64,000 nt of DNA. It comes from a virus. The position numbers and the translations under genes are program-made. Positions within the stretch are counted from its first letter, which is position 1; each line of letters begins with the position of its first letter. The stretch is taken from the IMG/VR virus record IMGVR_UViG_3300032053_000040, positions 13,292-77,291 of that record. One strand, given 5' to 3'. The notes under the pieces are model-generated. The model worked only from the letters and a program-made list of their open reading frames with translations, did no database searches and was not told the DNA's origin. This document shows, piece after piece, positions 1 through 9,931 of this stretch.

Positions 1-1763
1 CTCAAGAATTCGTCAAAGAGTTTACAAAATGGGGCCAGGAGACAGAGATCCCCGGTGTAGGTAAAACTCTTCAAGACATTAATGTAGATCTCGAGCCCAT
101 CGATAAATTCAAGTCTGAGATAAAAGATATCTCGACCACTCTCGGCGATTCCCTTAAGCCAGCTCTTTTCGCAGTTAACAACGTCCTCGAAGCCTTCAAC
201 GAGTTCCTGCAGAACGTTCCCGGTGCCGGGCCAGTCATAGCCATAAGCATAGGATTTGCAGCCATAGCGTCAACTGGCATCATCATGGCGGCAGCGTTGC
301 TAAGTGCTTCAACTGCTTTAGGGATAAGTTCAGTCGCTGCCGGCGTAGCTTCCGTCGCTATAGGGGGGCTTAGGCTTGCCATGACTCTTCTAGCAGCCCA
401 TCCCATCATTGCAGTTCTCCTTATCCTGGCGACCATATTGATCTACGTAGCCACTCGCACAGACCTATTGCAGAAAGCCTGGGAGAAGCTCCAGGGGATC
501 AAGGTAGGCGAGATCATAGGTGGCGGGATCGCTTTTGCCGTTGCCTTATGGGAGAAGGGGGTCAAACTTGCCATGTCCCTCTGGGATATACTGATGAATC
601 TAGGAAAAATGGGCGGGATTAAACTGCCACTTGCATTAGCTCTCGGCCCTCTTGGACTGGTCTTTGGTATCGCCCTTCCTCTCGTCATAAAGCTGCTGAC
701 ATCGATGGTCAACTGGGGAGAACTCTCGACCAACGTCCTGAAATTTATTCAGCAAATCCTGGAGGATTTACTGAATGTTTTCGAACCGGTCTCCAATTTC
801 ATCAAAAAGATTTACGATATGTTTGTATGGCTGTCAGAAACGCTCGGTATCACAAAGCCTCCTGAACCTGGAGTGACGAGGGGGGGAAAAAGTGTCGAGA
901 TGCCTTTAGCCGGGGGGGGCGAATTCAAACCGTCAAATATCCTCGGAGGTGCTGGAAATTATTATATCAAAGACTTACTCGAAGAGCTTGGTTATTTTTC
1001 CGACATACCAGAAGCCTTACTTGCGATGGCTAGAAACGGGATCACTCCAATATACGATAGCGCCGAGCAACCTGGTGGGGTGGTGGCACCCGGCGCGACA
1101 GAGCCCGAAAAGGAGCCCGAAAAGACCAGTAAAAAGTATGATCCTAACCTCTGGTACAAGACCGATGCTGGCGACCTCATCACCGGGACAATAGCAACCG
1201 AATTAGCAGCTCGGTTCGGAGTGGACTACGAAGGACCGTTTACAAAGGAAGGCCATCCAGTAGGCCAAACAAAAGCCGCTCCAATAGGAAATGTGCTGAA
1301 GGATATTAAATCGGTTATAGAACCCACTCCAAAGGATATCAAACCCATCATAGACGAGAAGCCATTTGTCCCTCCACCAAAACAGGACATTGTAGAGGCG
1401 TATGATCCTAAGTATGATCAAACCCTCTGGACATTCGGCGGGCAGGAAGGAGCCACGATTACCAAAACCGGCAAGATGATGGTCCATGGTCCGATTGAAG
1501 AAGTCGTCCCGATGGCCGAAACTATACGAGGCCCGGGAGCTGTTGCCAGGGCCCTACGTGACCTCGACCTCTTCCAACGTTCACGTCCGTTCCTGGAGGG
1601 TGACCAAAAACAGCCTGGACAGGTGATTAGCGTCAATTTCAATTCTCCATTGATCGGGGAGGCCACTATTGCAAGCCAATTCGACCTTGAGGATCTGATG
1701 TGGCAGCTACAAGGCAAAATCGCGGATAAGATCTTGAGAGAACTAGGGTATCTGAGGGGTTGA
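1..1763 (+). CDS. Tail tape measure protein, C-terminal part (5'-truncated by the window)
   Basis: Frame is open from position 3 into ORF 285..1763; Ala/Leu/Gly/Ile-rich amphipathic helices; lies directly upstream of baseplate genes. Confidence 0.75.
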   Translation, partial: QEFVKEFTKWGQETEIPGVGKTLQDINVDLEPIDKFKSEIKDISTTLGDSLKPALFAVNNVLEAFNEFLQNVPGAGPVIAISIGFAAIASTGIIMAAALLSASTALGISSVAAGVASVAIGGLRLAMTLLAAHPIIAVLLILATILIYVATRTDLLQKAWEKLQGIKVGEIIGGGIAFAVALWEKGVKLAMSLWDILMNLGKMGGIKLPLALALGPLGLVFGIALPLVIKLLTSMVNWGELSTNVLKFIQQILEDLLNVFEPVSNFIKKIYDMFVWLSETLGITKPPEPGVTRGGKSVEMPLAGGGEFKPSNILGGAGNYYIKDLLEELGYFSDIPEALLAMARNGITPIYDSAEQPGGVVAPGATEPEKEPEKTSKKYDPNLWYKTDAGDLITGTIATELAARFGVDYEGPFTKEGHPVGQTKAAPIGNVLKDIKSVIEPTPKDIKPIIDEKPFVPPPKQDIVEAYDPKYDQTLWTFGGQEGATITKTGKMMVHGPIEEVVPMAETIRGPGAVARALRDLDLFQRSRPFLEGDQKQPGQVISVNFNSPLIGEATIASQFDLEDLMWQLQGKIADKILRELGYLRG

Positions 1764-1767
1764 TTTC

Positions 1768-2208
1768 ATGCAGCTAAACGACAAAGGCGGGCTGTCGAAT
1801 CCGTTCGAGTCGACGATAGATAGCTATGGCGATCCATTCCAGGTAGAGATAGGGTCGATAAAACTCGGGATAAGAAGTATGGTTAATCCCGACCAATCCA
1901 GGACGAACCCTATTGAAATCAAATGGAGCCAGGAGAATAAGGTCGAAGAACAGGATACTCCAGGTGATAGACCCAAGACGGAATGTACCATTTCAAACGG
2001 ACTGTATTACTGCACGATATCGTTTGCCACCAAGCAGAAGGATCTTTTGGAGCAAGTTGAGAAGATGAAAGCAGGACCTCACGTCGTAAAAACCTATTTC
2101 AAAACCGCCTGCATGTACTTGATGAAAAAGGACGTCACGCAACCAAAAGGCATGAAAGATCCTAAGCAAAACGTCGTGCTCAATCTCAAAGAGGCCTACG
2201 ATGCTTAG
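1768..2208 (+). CDS. Tail/baseplate protein (tube-initiator-like by position)
   Basis: 146-aa beta-rich ORF between tape measure and hub genes. Confidence 0.45.
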   Translation: MQLNDKGGLSNPFESTIDSYGDPFQVEIGSIKLGIRSMVNPDQSRTNPIEIKWSQENKVEEQDTPGDRPKTECTISNGLYYCTISFATKQKDLLEQVEKMKAGPHVVKTYFKTACMYLMKKDVTQPKGMKDPKQNVVLNLKEAYDA

Positions 2209-3604
2209 TTGCACGATGACTATCGGAGGTAACGACGTATCTAAATGGGTCATGAAGATCCATTGCGAGCAAACGATAGATTGCAGGAAAGACCCGGACA
2301 AGGTAGACATCCAGCTATCGAACACCAAACTTCGATGGCGTGGCAAATTTGCCCCTAACGACACGATCGAGTGCGTTGTGCTTAGAACAGCCTATAGGAA
2401 CGTTAACGGTGGATGCAAGGAGACTCGGTATCCTCCAATCCAGCTATTCAAGGGAGACGTCCAGAAAGCATCCACTGATGAGAGGATTGCCAAAATAGAA
2501 GGTTCATGCTATATCGGGGGCATGTCCGGCAACCTTCCCAAAAACGTAACTTACCACAAAGGGACGCCTATCGATTTCATAGTTAACGATCTGCTTGACC
2601 AGTTCGAGTACAAAGGAGGGCGAGCGCCTGTTGACACTAAGGTATCAGTCCTCCCGCGTAAAGATCTGATCTATAGAGCAGGTACCGATTTTTTGGGCGC
2701 ATTTCAAACCCTTGCCGATCTTACGGGCTCATGGTACTTCGCAGACGAGTACGGTATATTCTATTATGTGGATCCCAAGATCCTAAAATATGCCAAATAC
2801 CTGAACGGCTACCTTCTCAATGGAGACGACACTGCTGCACTGATAGGCTATGCAAACGTTGTCCAGGTGATTGGAGGTACGCCTTACAGACCGGATCAGA
2901 TCGGCGCAGAGATCCCGACTCACTACCCGACCCATCGAGCCAAGGAAGAGGACGTCCAGGCTTTTGCAGCTAACGGCCGGATTGAAGCTCCGCCCGTCTA
3001 CGTTCCGGAAGCCAACAAGGAGACATGCGAGAAGATGGCTAAAAATCTTCTGGCTTACTTTTCACAGTTTGAGGACCATTGCAAACCAATAGTTGTAGGC
3101 ATATGCCCCGCACCGGGAGCCTACGTTACATATTCTCCACGGAACGGAGCAGATATTCTCCCAACACGATGCGATGATGGACCAATTCCTGTCGTGGGCA
3201 ACGTTACTGGCGTAATCGTGAGACGAGTAGTCGATTACTCCACCAAAGGGCTCATTACAGAACTCGAAGTTTCGACCCAGATCAAGACAGCCGAAAGTCC
3301 TTATGGAGATCTATCAGGTGCTGGCGATGACCTGGAGGGTGACGCCGACAAACTTGATAATATGCCAAACGAAGTGCTACAAAGGTTACTCGATCTCATA
3401 AGCAAACTCTTCCCTGGATCCGAGGGGAGAGAGACCGCGAAAGAAGCCGAAAAGCAATGGGACGCAGTCGGAATCAAGTTCGATGACGTTGGCGCATACC
3501 GGACTGATGCCAACGGAAACATCGTCCGGCTGAGTGATGAAGAGGCGGCTTCGTATATTACCATAAATGAAGCTGCCGCATTGCTAGGAAAGGATTTAAC
3601 ATGA
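2201..3604 (+). CDS. Baseplate hub protein (P2 gpD/Mu gp44-like)
   Basis: Pattern DKVDIQLSN...LFKGDV...IVNDLL...FQTLADLTGSWYFADEYGIFYY; synteny. Confidence 0.65.
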   Translation: MLSCTMTIGGNDVSKWVMKIHCEQTIDCRKDPDKVDIQLSNTKLRWRGKFAPNDTIECVVLRTAYRNVNGGCKETRYPPIQLFKGDVQKASTDERIAKIEGSCYIGGMSGNLPKNVTYHKGTPIDFIVNDLLDQFEYKGGRAPVDTKVSVLPRKDLIYRAGTDFLGAFQTLADLTGSWYFADEYGIFYYVDPKILKYAKYLNGYLLNGDDTAALIGYANVVQVIGGTPYRPDQIGAEIPTHYPTHRAKEEDVQAFAANGRIEAPPVYVPEANKETCEKMAKNLLAYFSQFEDHCKPIVVGICPAPGAYVTYSPRNGADILPTRCDDGPIPVVGNVTGVIVRRVVDYSTKGLITELEVSTQIKTAESPYGDLSGAGDDLEGDADKLDNMPNEVLQRLLDLISKLFPGSEGRETAKEAEKQWDAVGIKFDDVGAYRTDANGNIVRLSDEEAASYITINEAAALLGKDLT

Positions 3605-4725
3605 ACGCCCGAGACAGGAACATCAATTCAGCTAACCACGACGACCGGATGATAGGTCGGTTTGAGATCTGCGAAGTCCAGGATGTCGGGCCTCATCGCC
3701 AACCGTGGGAGGGCGACAAGGATTTCAACTGGGTCGAGGTCCTGCTCAAGAACCGGATGATCCCCAAAGAGGGAGAGGGATCTGAAGGAGACAAAGTTTT
3801 GCGTCAACGAGTCCTATGCTTACAGAGGAATCATGGCAAGTTCCAGGGTGAAACCTGGGCCCCAAGGATAGGCGACATGGTACTTCTCGCATGGATCTAT
3901 GAGAATACTGCTTACATCCTCGGCACGGTCCCATCGATCGAACAGGAGCCGGTGTGTAGACCGAATAGCACGGCCAAGAACCCGGATATGGTTATAAAGT
4001 GGGCTAAACATAAAATGCCTACCAAGCTTGGCGGATTTGAAGACTATGTTGACTTTCCTCTTCCCGAGCACCCGGACTGTCTGAAGATCTGGCACCAATT
4101 CCAGGATCATGTCCTCTGCCTGGACTGCAAGCAGGGCCACGATACGCCATCTTGCAAGTTCTGCGACCACATAGACAAGATCCTGCACTCAAGCAATCTG
4201 AAAGCCTTCTCCTTTGAGTCGGACACCACTCGAGATAAGCCCTGGAGGAACAGGTACACCCATCACTGCGGGTCGACGCTCTGGTTCGACGAAGACGGCC
4301 TGATCCACTGGGAGAACCAGGTAGCCGAAGAGGCACGATCTCACGGTAATTATTTCCCAGACGGGACAATCGAGCTCCATTCCGGCCCCGACGACCAGAA
4401 AGGAGCTCGGGTATTGCTATATGGCGATAAGTCTGCTTATCCCGGCCAGGTCGAAATCGATAATCTAGTCAATGCGGCCCATGTCAAGATCTACCAAAAC
4501 GGCAAGATAGAGTTGAACCGACGCAATGGTTTTATAATAATCGAAGAGAACGGCGAGATAGTTCTGCGTGGACCAAAGATACGATTCGAAGCCGACGTGA
4601 TCGAAACGATAGGAACAACAGTAGGCGTATCCGGTTCGCAAGTAGTTAACATCAGCGGAGACGAGGTTAACATCACCGCCAACACTGGATCGTGCAGCCT
4701 AATCCCACCGCCCCCGGAGGAATAG
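3601..4725 (+). CDS. Baseplate spike (gpV/gp45-like)
   Basis: N-terminal OB-fold signature PRIGDMVLLAW...AYILG; C-terminal beta-helix repeats (xIxxxGxIxL). Confidence 0.7.
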   Translation: MNARDRNINSANHDDRMIGRFEICEVQDVGPHRQPWEGDKDFNWVEVLLKNRMIPKEGEGSEGDKVLRQRVLCLQRNHGKFQGETWAPRIGDMVLLAWIYENTAYILGTVPSIEQEPVCRPNSTAKNPDMVIKWAKHKMPTKLGGFEDYVDFPLPEHPDCLKIWHQFQDHVLCLDCKQGHDTPSCKFCDHIDKILHSSNLKAFSFESDTTRDKPWRNRYTHHCGSTLWFDEDGLIHWENQVAEEARSHGNYFPDGTIELHSGPDDQKGARVLLYGDKSAYPGQVEIDNLVNAAHVKIYQNGKIELNRRNGFIIIEENGEIVLRGPKIRFEADVIETIGTTVGVSGSQVVNISGDEVNITANTGSCSLIPPPPEE

Positions 4726-4729
4726 AACG

Positions 4730-5212
4730 ATGCCTTTCGGCGATATGAGATTTAACGGAAAAATATTCGAGACAGGGATATGCAGATGCCACGGCTGGGG
4801 AGACCTAGTCCTAAATTCGCAGGGAGATATAGACGTCGTAACCGATGAAGAAGAGTGCATCACCCAACGGATAATCATCTGGATGGGCACCCATAAAGGA
4901 GAACGTCTCGACCCGACCATAGGCTGTGTGATCCACGATTATATGCACAAGCCCATTACGTCGCAGAACATGAAACACCTCAGATCGGATGCTCTCTACC
5001 AACTCCAATCGATTTTTCCAGATTATGATGTGAAGATCGACCTGGTGATTAACCAGGACGAGGACCAACGCAACAAGGTAACCATGTATGCCTGGATAGG
5101 TAAATTTGAGGTCTCTCTTAGGGTAGACAAAGAGGGCTTCAAGGAACTCTACGAACAGGTCAGAACTACCTTGAGAGAGATGGGATTCGGCGCAGTCTGG
5201 AAGGAGAGATAA
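4730..5212 (+). CDS. Baseplate wedge gp25/gpW-like protein
   Basis: GDLVL...QRIIIWMGTHKGERLDPTIG motif; precedes baseplate J. Confidence 0.75.
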   Translation: MPFGDMRFNGKIFETGICRCHGWGDLVLNSQGDIDVVTDEEECITQRIIIWMGTHKGERLDPTIGCVIHDYMHKPITSQNMKHLRSDALYQLQSIFPDYDVKIDLVINQDEDQRNKVTMYAWIGKFEVSLRVDKEGFKELYEQVRTTLREMGFGAVWKER

Positions 5213-5213
5213 G

Positions 5214-6647
5214 ATGAACGAGATTAAAACACCTACGAGAATCGTAGACGAGATCAAATATTATCTTCAGAAGAGACATCCGGGCATCAGGGACTTCTCT
5301 GATTATTCGATGAACTCCATCCTGACGGAAGCCATTGCCATCCAGGTTTACCTATTGTACAAAGCAATCTACCAGAAGGGGTTAGACCTATCCATAATGA
5401 CGGCGACAGGCAAGGCGTTGGATGCGTTGGTGGTAGATCGGCTCCCAGATGGAAGGTATCCTGGAGCCAAGTCAGTCGGTCAGGTAACTTTCAAAAGGGT
5501 CGATGGGGCACCTACGACGATCAGCATTCCTGCCGGAACAATAGTTGCGAGGGATGCTGATCTTTATGGTCCGGTTTATTTTGTGACGATCGCCTCGTGC
5601 CAGCTCTTGCAGGACGAAACTGAAGTAACAGTGGATGCCCGGGCCCAGGAGGCAGGCGAACGGGGGAACGTCGCCGCCTACACTATTGACCTCATCATGA
5701 CGCCGATCCCTGGCCTCCACCAGGTCGAGAACCGACTGCCATTTGACGGCGGAACAGATTTCGAATCTGACGCTGACCTTACGGATCGCTACGTCTACAC
5801 CGTCTGGCAGCCCGGCAGGGCTACGGTCGAAACACTCGAGGAGCACATCAAAGCCATAAGCTCGGCAGTCAGGGAAGTCAAGGTGTTCAGTCTGGGGTTC
5901 GGAGACGTCGAGATAGTCGTCGACTCATCAGACGATATAGAGGATCCTCCAGCCGCGATCTGGCAAGCTATCCGGGAGAACCTTGCCGCAGGATGCACCT
6001 CCATAGGCGTAATTGGAGCTCGTCTAGGACCAGATGGAAATCAGTTCGGTCTGGAGGATACAAAAGGCGGGAAGATCTTCATCCGACCTACTGAGACCAC
6101 AGCGAACACCGATGACGTAATACCGATCAGCTACCTTGACATTCTCGGAAGGAACCGTAGCGGGTCGGTTCATGTTCCAGAGAGGACGCCCCGAGGCCTA
6201 ATCCTGCCTGTAACTTTGGAAGAGGAGACCGACCTGGCAACTACAATTATAAGCGCCGATTATAGTGATGACAACAAATACGATATCCTGATGGGGCTCG
6301 GCGAACCTCCCTACCTCTACATCATGCCAGAGCTCGTTTATGTGAGCATCTCTTTCAAGGCTAAACTGACGGATACTCCGGAAGAGGACCTCTTGGCGAA
6401 TGTCGAGCAATCGTTGAGGGATTGTCTGAACGCATACGCTATAGGTCTCGATGTGGAGTATTCCGATATAGAGAAGTTCATCCACATCGATTATTCCAGC
6501 AGAAGAGAATTTGTGGGCCTGGACGAGATCCAGGAGTTCAAGATCACAGTGAAAGGAGCAGAACTTGTCAAGTTCGGCGACAAGTTCGATATAGAGAACG
6601 ATGAAAAGATAGTTGCTGGCGCCATAACACCAGAAGAGGTTGAGTAA
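5214..6647 (+). CDS. Baseplate J-like protein
   Basis: TATGKALD...IPAGTIV...GERGNV...GGTDFESDADLTDR, typical of Baseplate_J. Confidence 0.9.
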   Translation: MNEIKTPTRIVDEIKYYLQKRHPGIRDFSDYSMNSILTEAIAIQVYLLYKAIYQKGLDLSIMTATGKALDALVVDRLPDGRYPGAKSVGQVTFKRVDGAPTTISIPAGTIVARDADLYGPVYFVTIASCQLLQDETEVTVDARAQEAGERGNVAAYTIDLIMTPIPGLHQVENRLPFDGGTDFESDADLTDRYVYTVWQPGRATVETLEEHIKAISSAVREVKVFSLGFGDVEIVVDSSDDIEDPPAAIWQAIRENLAAGCTSIGVIGARLGPDGNQFGLEDTKGGKIFIRPTETTANTDDVIPISYLDILGRNRSGSVHVPERTPRGLILPVTLEEETDLATTIISADYSDDNKYDILMGLGEPPYLYIMPELVYVSISFKAKLTDTPEEDLLANVEQSLRDCLNAYAIGLDVEYSDIEKFIHIDYSSRREFVGLDEIQEFKITVKGAELVKFGDKFDIENDEKIVAGAITPEEVE

Positions 6648-6924
6648 CATGGAAGGATTGGACTATCCGACACTTTTAACGGCCGCCCTGGCGGTTGTCG
6701 TTGCGTTGGGGGGCGGAGTTGCCCTTGTCAAGCTCAGGAGCAAGGCAGTAACGTTCATGGAAGAAGCGGCAGAGATCCTACGGGACATGTCGATGCTACT
6801 TGTTATGTTCTCCGCAGCCATGACAGACGACAAGATCACGACGGAGGAATGGAAAGAGATCGGACTAAAGGCGGTCGAAATCAAAGATCATGTAATGACA
6901 CTCAAAGAAGATCTCAAAATCTGA
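6640..6924 (+). CDS. Small membrane protein, holin-like
   Basis: N-terminal TM helix, DDKITTEEW motif, located after the tail module. Confidence 0.45.
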   Translation: MSNMEGLDYPTLLTAALAVVVALGGGVALVKLRSKAVTFMEEAAEILRDMSMLLVMFSAAMTDDKITTEEWKEIGLKAVEIKDHVMTLKEDLKI

Positions 6925-7152
6925 CACATGATAGAGAGGGGGTATGCACAGATTCGCACTCATCATAAGTCTGCTGGTCTTTTGCAGTATCATGACCGCA
7001 GGAGACGATCAGATTGCATTCTGTGATGGAGATGAAACTCACTGGGCACTTCTGGATATCGATGTTGGATTCGGATTTGGATGTTGTAAAATTCCAACTC
7101 CAGAAGCTTTGTTAACCACAAAAATGGTAGAAAATGGTGCTTACGAGTTCAA

Positions 7153-7437
7153 ATGAACGACACAATAGGGATATTCATCTCATTCGTAGTCCTGATACTC
7201 GGATTCAGCGTGTTCTACATAATGTGGGATAACTCGTGCAAGAAGTGGCTCGAAACGGCGAAGGCACGGTGGGAGTGCTGGCGACGGCTTCATGGTTGGA
7301 TGGATAAGACCGAAGACCTGCTTGACGAGATGGTTGACGATCCGAAAGAGGTTGCGCTTTTCGAGGAAGTTAGGCGAGCACGATGTGAGTTTGATAAATC
7401 CCAAGAACACCTTAAAAAACATTTAAAGGAGAAATGA
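7153..7437 (+). CDS. Membrane-anchored hypothetical protein
   Basis: N-terminal hydrophobic helix; ATGA overlap with 6944..7156. Confidence 0.5.
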   Translation: MNDTIGIFISFVVLILGFSVFYIMWDNSCKKWLETAKARWECWRRLHGWMDKTEDLLDEMVDDPKEVALFEEVRRARCEFDKSQEHLKKHLKEK

Positions 7438-7441
7438 TTTT

Positions 7442-8179
7442 ATGGACGGCAATGGCGGAAGTGATTATAGGACGATTAGATTGTTTGTAGTCGCCCTCGT
7501 AGTTTTTGCCATACTACTTGGAGGGGGACTTTGGGTAATGGGCTATTTAGGTTATGCAAACGTTCTCAAAGAATCCTTTTCTGGATATGGTACAGTCGAT
7601 ATAGAGCATTATACGGGAAACACGATGGACAGAGCATCTATTGAGAATGCAAATTTGACTTACGAGGCACATAGGGTCTGGGGGGTAGACGATGATAAAG
7701 AAGAATTCGTAGGTTATGTCGAGATAAGTGGCGCACGTGGTGGCAGCAAGTTCAAGAATCGATACGAAGTCAGGTCTCGAGGCGCTGGATATGCTCATTA
7801 TTACGGTGCGTTCAATATTAGCGGCGAGTTCTCGGGCAGTGCTGAAATAACGGTGATCACAGGATCCGAAAACAATCCAGCGAGCATAAACAGCCTCTTC
7901 TTGATGGATAGCAAACGAGGAAACGCAACTTTCACCGGCCGTGTTTATAAGTATCAAAACGGAAAACCAGCGACAGAATCTGAGACAGAACTTGTAGGAA
8001 AGTTTGCACTTGAAAGCTATCTAAACGTCACAGAATCTCCCAAAACGCCGGACGATTGGCTAGGGTTCTGTGCAGAAGTAAACGCGGGCCTGCCTGATGG
8101 CCTCATGATACTGCCTGCTGGCACGACGCTAGAGGAAGGTAAAATAGCACTCGACAAAGCCAAGAAAGGCGCGGGGTGA
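7442..8179 (+). CDS. Membrane-anchored or secreted beta-rich protein
   Basis: N-terminal TM helix and several N-x-S/T sequons. Confidence 0.55.
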   Translation: MDGNGGSDYRTIRLFVVALVVFAILLGGGLWVMGYLGYANVLKESFSGYGTVDIEHYTGNTMDRASIENANLTYEAHRVWGVDDDKEEFVGYVEISGARGGSKFKNRYEVRSRGAGYAHYYGAFNISGEFSGSAEITVITGSENNPASINSLFLMDSKRGNATFTGRVYKYQNGKPATESETELVGKFALESYLNVTESPKTPDDWLGFCAEVNAGLPDGLMILPAGTTLEEGKIALDKAKKGAG

Positions 8180-8184
8180 GGTGA

Positions 8185-8598
8185 TTGAAGTTTGGGAAGA
8201 TCGATATAGGCTCGACGGAAGCAATCAGCGACTACTTCCAGAAGAACTATCCCAGGACAAGCCAGATCCTCGGCTCCTTCCGACTGTTCAATTCAAAAGA
8301 GATCGCCGCACTCCTCAAAATCCTCCAGCCAGGCCTCCAGGTAACTTTGCATGCCTTCCGAGGCCTCCATGCGCCCGGGAACGCTTACTCTTTTCCCAGG
8401 TACATTAGGGTCGAGAGAGACGGCGAGCTCTTTCGCGTAACCAGAGAGAAGGCCGTGAAAGAGAGGACACCTGTATCAATACCGGCTCAAGACGTGGCTG
8501 AAATCTATCTCGACACGGCAGAACTCGGGTTCATGTTTGCAGAGATGGAAATGAACGTCTCTCGCAAGTGGCCTCCACCGGACAGGTTCCAGATTTGA
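8185..8598 (+). CDS. Hypothetical protein
   Basis: ORF preceded by SD-like GGGGTGAGGTGA. Confidence 0.5.
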   Translation: MKFGKIDIGSTEAISDYFQKNYPRTSQILGSFRLFNSKEIAALLKILQPGLQVTLHAFRGLHAPGNAYSFPRYIRVERDGELFRVTREKAVKERTPVSIPAQDVAEIYLDTAELGFMFAEMEMNVSRKWPPPDRFQI

Positions 8599-8605
8599 TC
8601 TCAAG

Positions 8606-8812
8606 ATGAGCGTAGCTCAAGACAAGATCCTGGAAGCGCTGTCCACGGATCCGGACGGTGCTCTATCGATCCTGGCAGTAGCTCACATGCTCGCTATAGA
8701 CGAGAGGACGACGGAAAACGCCATCCAATCGTTGAAGAGACACAAACTAATTGATAGACGTGTTGGCAGGGGCCCCCGAGGGGTTCCTGTGTTTCTTTAC
8801 TGGCGGTGTTAA
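8606..8812 (+). CDS. Winged helix-turn-helix protein
   Basis: QDKILEAL...SILAVAHMLAIDERTTENAIQSLKRHKLI wHTH pattern. Confidence 0.65.
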   Translation: MSVAQDKILEALSTDPDGALSILAVAHMLAIDERTTENAIQSLKRHKLIDRRVGRGPRGVPVFLYWRC

Positions 8813-8814
8813 AA

Positions 8815-8850
8815 TTGAACGTATACCCTCAAAACGTTCAACCTTTTTTT
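8815..8850 (+). terminator. Hairpin plus oligo-T terminator
   Basis: TTGAACGT/ACGTTCAA stem followed by T7. Confidence 0.6.
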
Positions 8851-8907
8851 GATCTGAGATATCTTAAAATATCAGATATATCCATGTAAATCCTTGAGGG
8901 ATTTTGG

Positions 8908-9267
8908 TTGATAGAGGAAAAGGATCACATCAGAATGTCCAGGCGGAAAAGCATTATGGTAATGTCTCCTCTTCTAGTTCTTATGATATCAGGCGCTTTC
9001 GAGACCGAATCCGGGGGAGCTGGTCAAGTCACTCCGCTAAACGCTGCCATGCGAAACAGCTCGGTTGATATCACACGGTCATCAACCGTCGATATCAGCG
9101 CCGAACTCAGCAGGACACGTGCTCTGCTCGAAGCGGTTATTGACGTCTTGAAGGTAAAAGGCATATTGAGGACAACCGACATCGTATCCGCCGTCGAGAT
9201 AGTGAACTCAATGGGATTATGCGAACCTCTCAAAAGAGAAGCGGCGCTTATCGATTATTTAGAATGA
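8908..9267 (+). CDS. Hypothetical protein
   Basis: ORF downstream of an AT-rich promoter-like segment. Confidence 0.4.
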   Translation: MIEEKDHIRMSRRKSIMVMSPLLVLMISGAFETESGGAGQVTPLNAAMRNSSVDITRSSTVDISAELSRTRALLEAVIDVLKVKGILRTTDIVSAVEIVNSMGLCEPLKREAALIDYLE

Positions 9268-9309
9268 GCGGGGAAAAATATAAATACCAATCATGCTTAA
9301 CTTAATAGG

Positions 9310-9456
9310 ATGAAAAAAAGGGATATGGACCAAATAAGCGTAACCGTGAACCGGGGGTTGCTGCGTTATTTGGACGCCGCGATCCTGGAAGGGACATTCG
9401 AAAACCGTAGCCATGCGGTCAGAATGGCGATAAGAAGAATGAAAGAAAATGCCTGA
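9310..9456 (+). CDS. Ribbon-helix-helix (CopG/Arc-like) regulator, 48 aa, absent from the ORF track
   Basis: Hand translation MKKRDMDQISVTVNRGLLRYLDAAILEGTFENRSHAVRMAIRRMKENA; TATAAATA upstream at ~9279. Confidence 0.8.
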   Translation: MKKRDMDQISVTVNRGLLRYLDAAILEGTFENRSHAVRMAIRRMKENA

Positions 9457-9931
9457 CCCCGCAACGGGCCAGGACGGAGACGAAAATATGCAAGAAGACC
9501 TTGCACCTAATGATATAAATAACTTTGCCGAGCAAAGTATTGACCTGGTAGCCAGATTAAACCAGGCGCTTGATAGGACAGAGGAGCTGGAATTGCATAT
9601 CGAAGAGCTGAAGATCCAGCTCGACGACATGCAGAAGCTTCGCGAAAAAGACCAGCGATGCGAAGCCGAAGCGCGACGGGAGATGTGGCATCTTCTCAGG
9701 TCATCTTTACCTCAAAAATCTGACCAGGATAATACCTATTCTGAAGCTCTTCTTCTCATGCTGGCCGGATCCGGCGGAAAGATATACTATTCACAAGCCA
9801 AGAAGCTTCTAGGAATGAAAGATTCAAACTTCTCGCGTTTAGTCTCCTCACTGAGCAACAAAGTAATCCTACGAAGGATGCCTCATGACAAGCGCCAAAA
9901 GATCATCCAGCTCAGGAGTGAGGAGCAATAA
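9449..9931 (+). CDS. Coiled-coil plus C-terminal wHTH (MarR-like) protein
   Basis: GGKIYYSQAKKLLGMKDSNFSRLV...HDKRQKIIQL. Confidence 0.6.
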   Translation: MPDPATGQDGDENMQEDLAPNDINNFAEQSIDLVARLNQALDRTEELELHIEELKIQLDDMQKLREKDQRCEAEARREMWHLLRSSLPQKSDQDNTYSEALLLMLAGSGGKIYYSQAKKLLGMKDSNFSRLVSSLSNKVILRRMPHDKRQKIIQLRSEEQ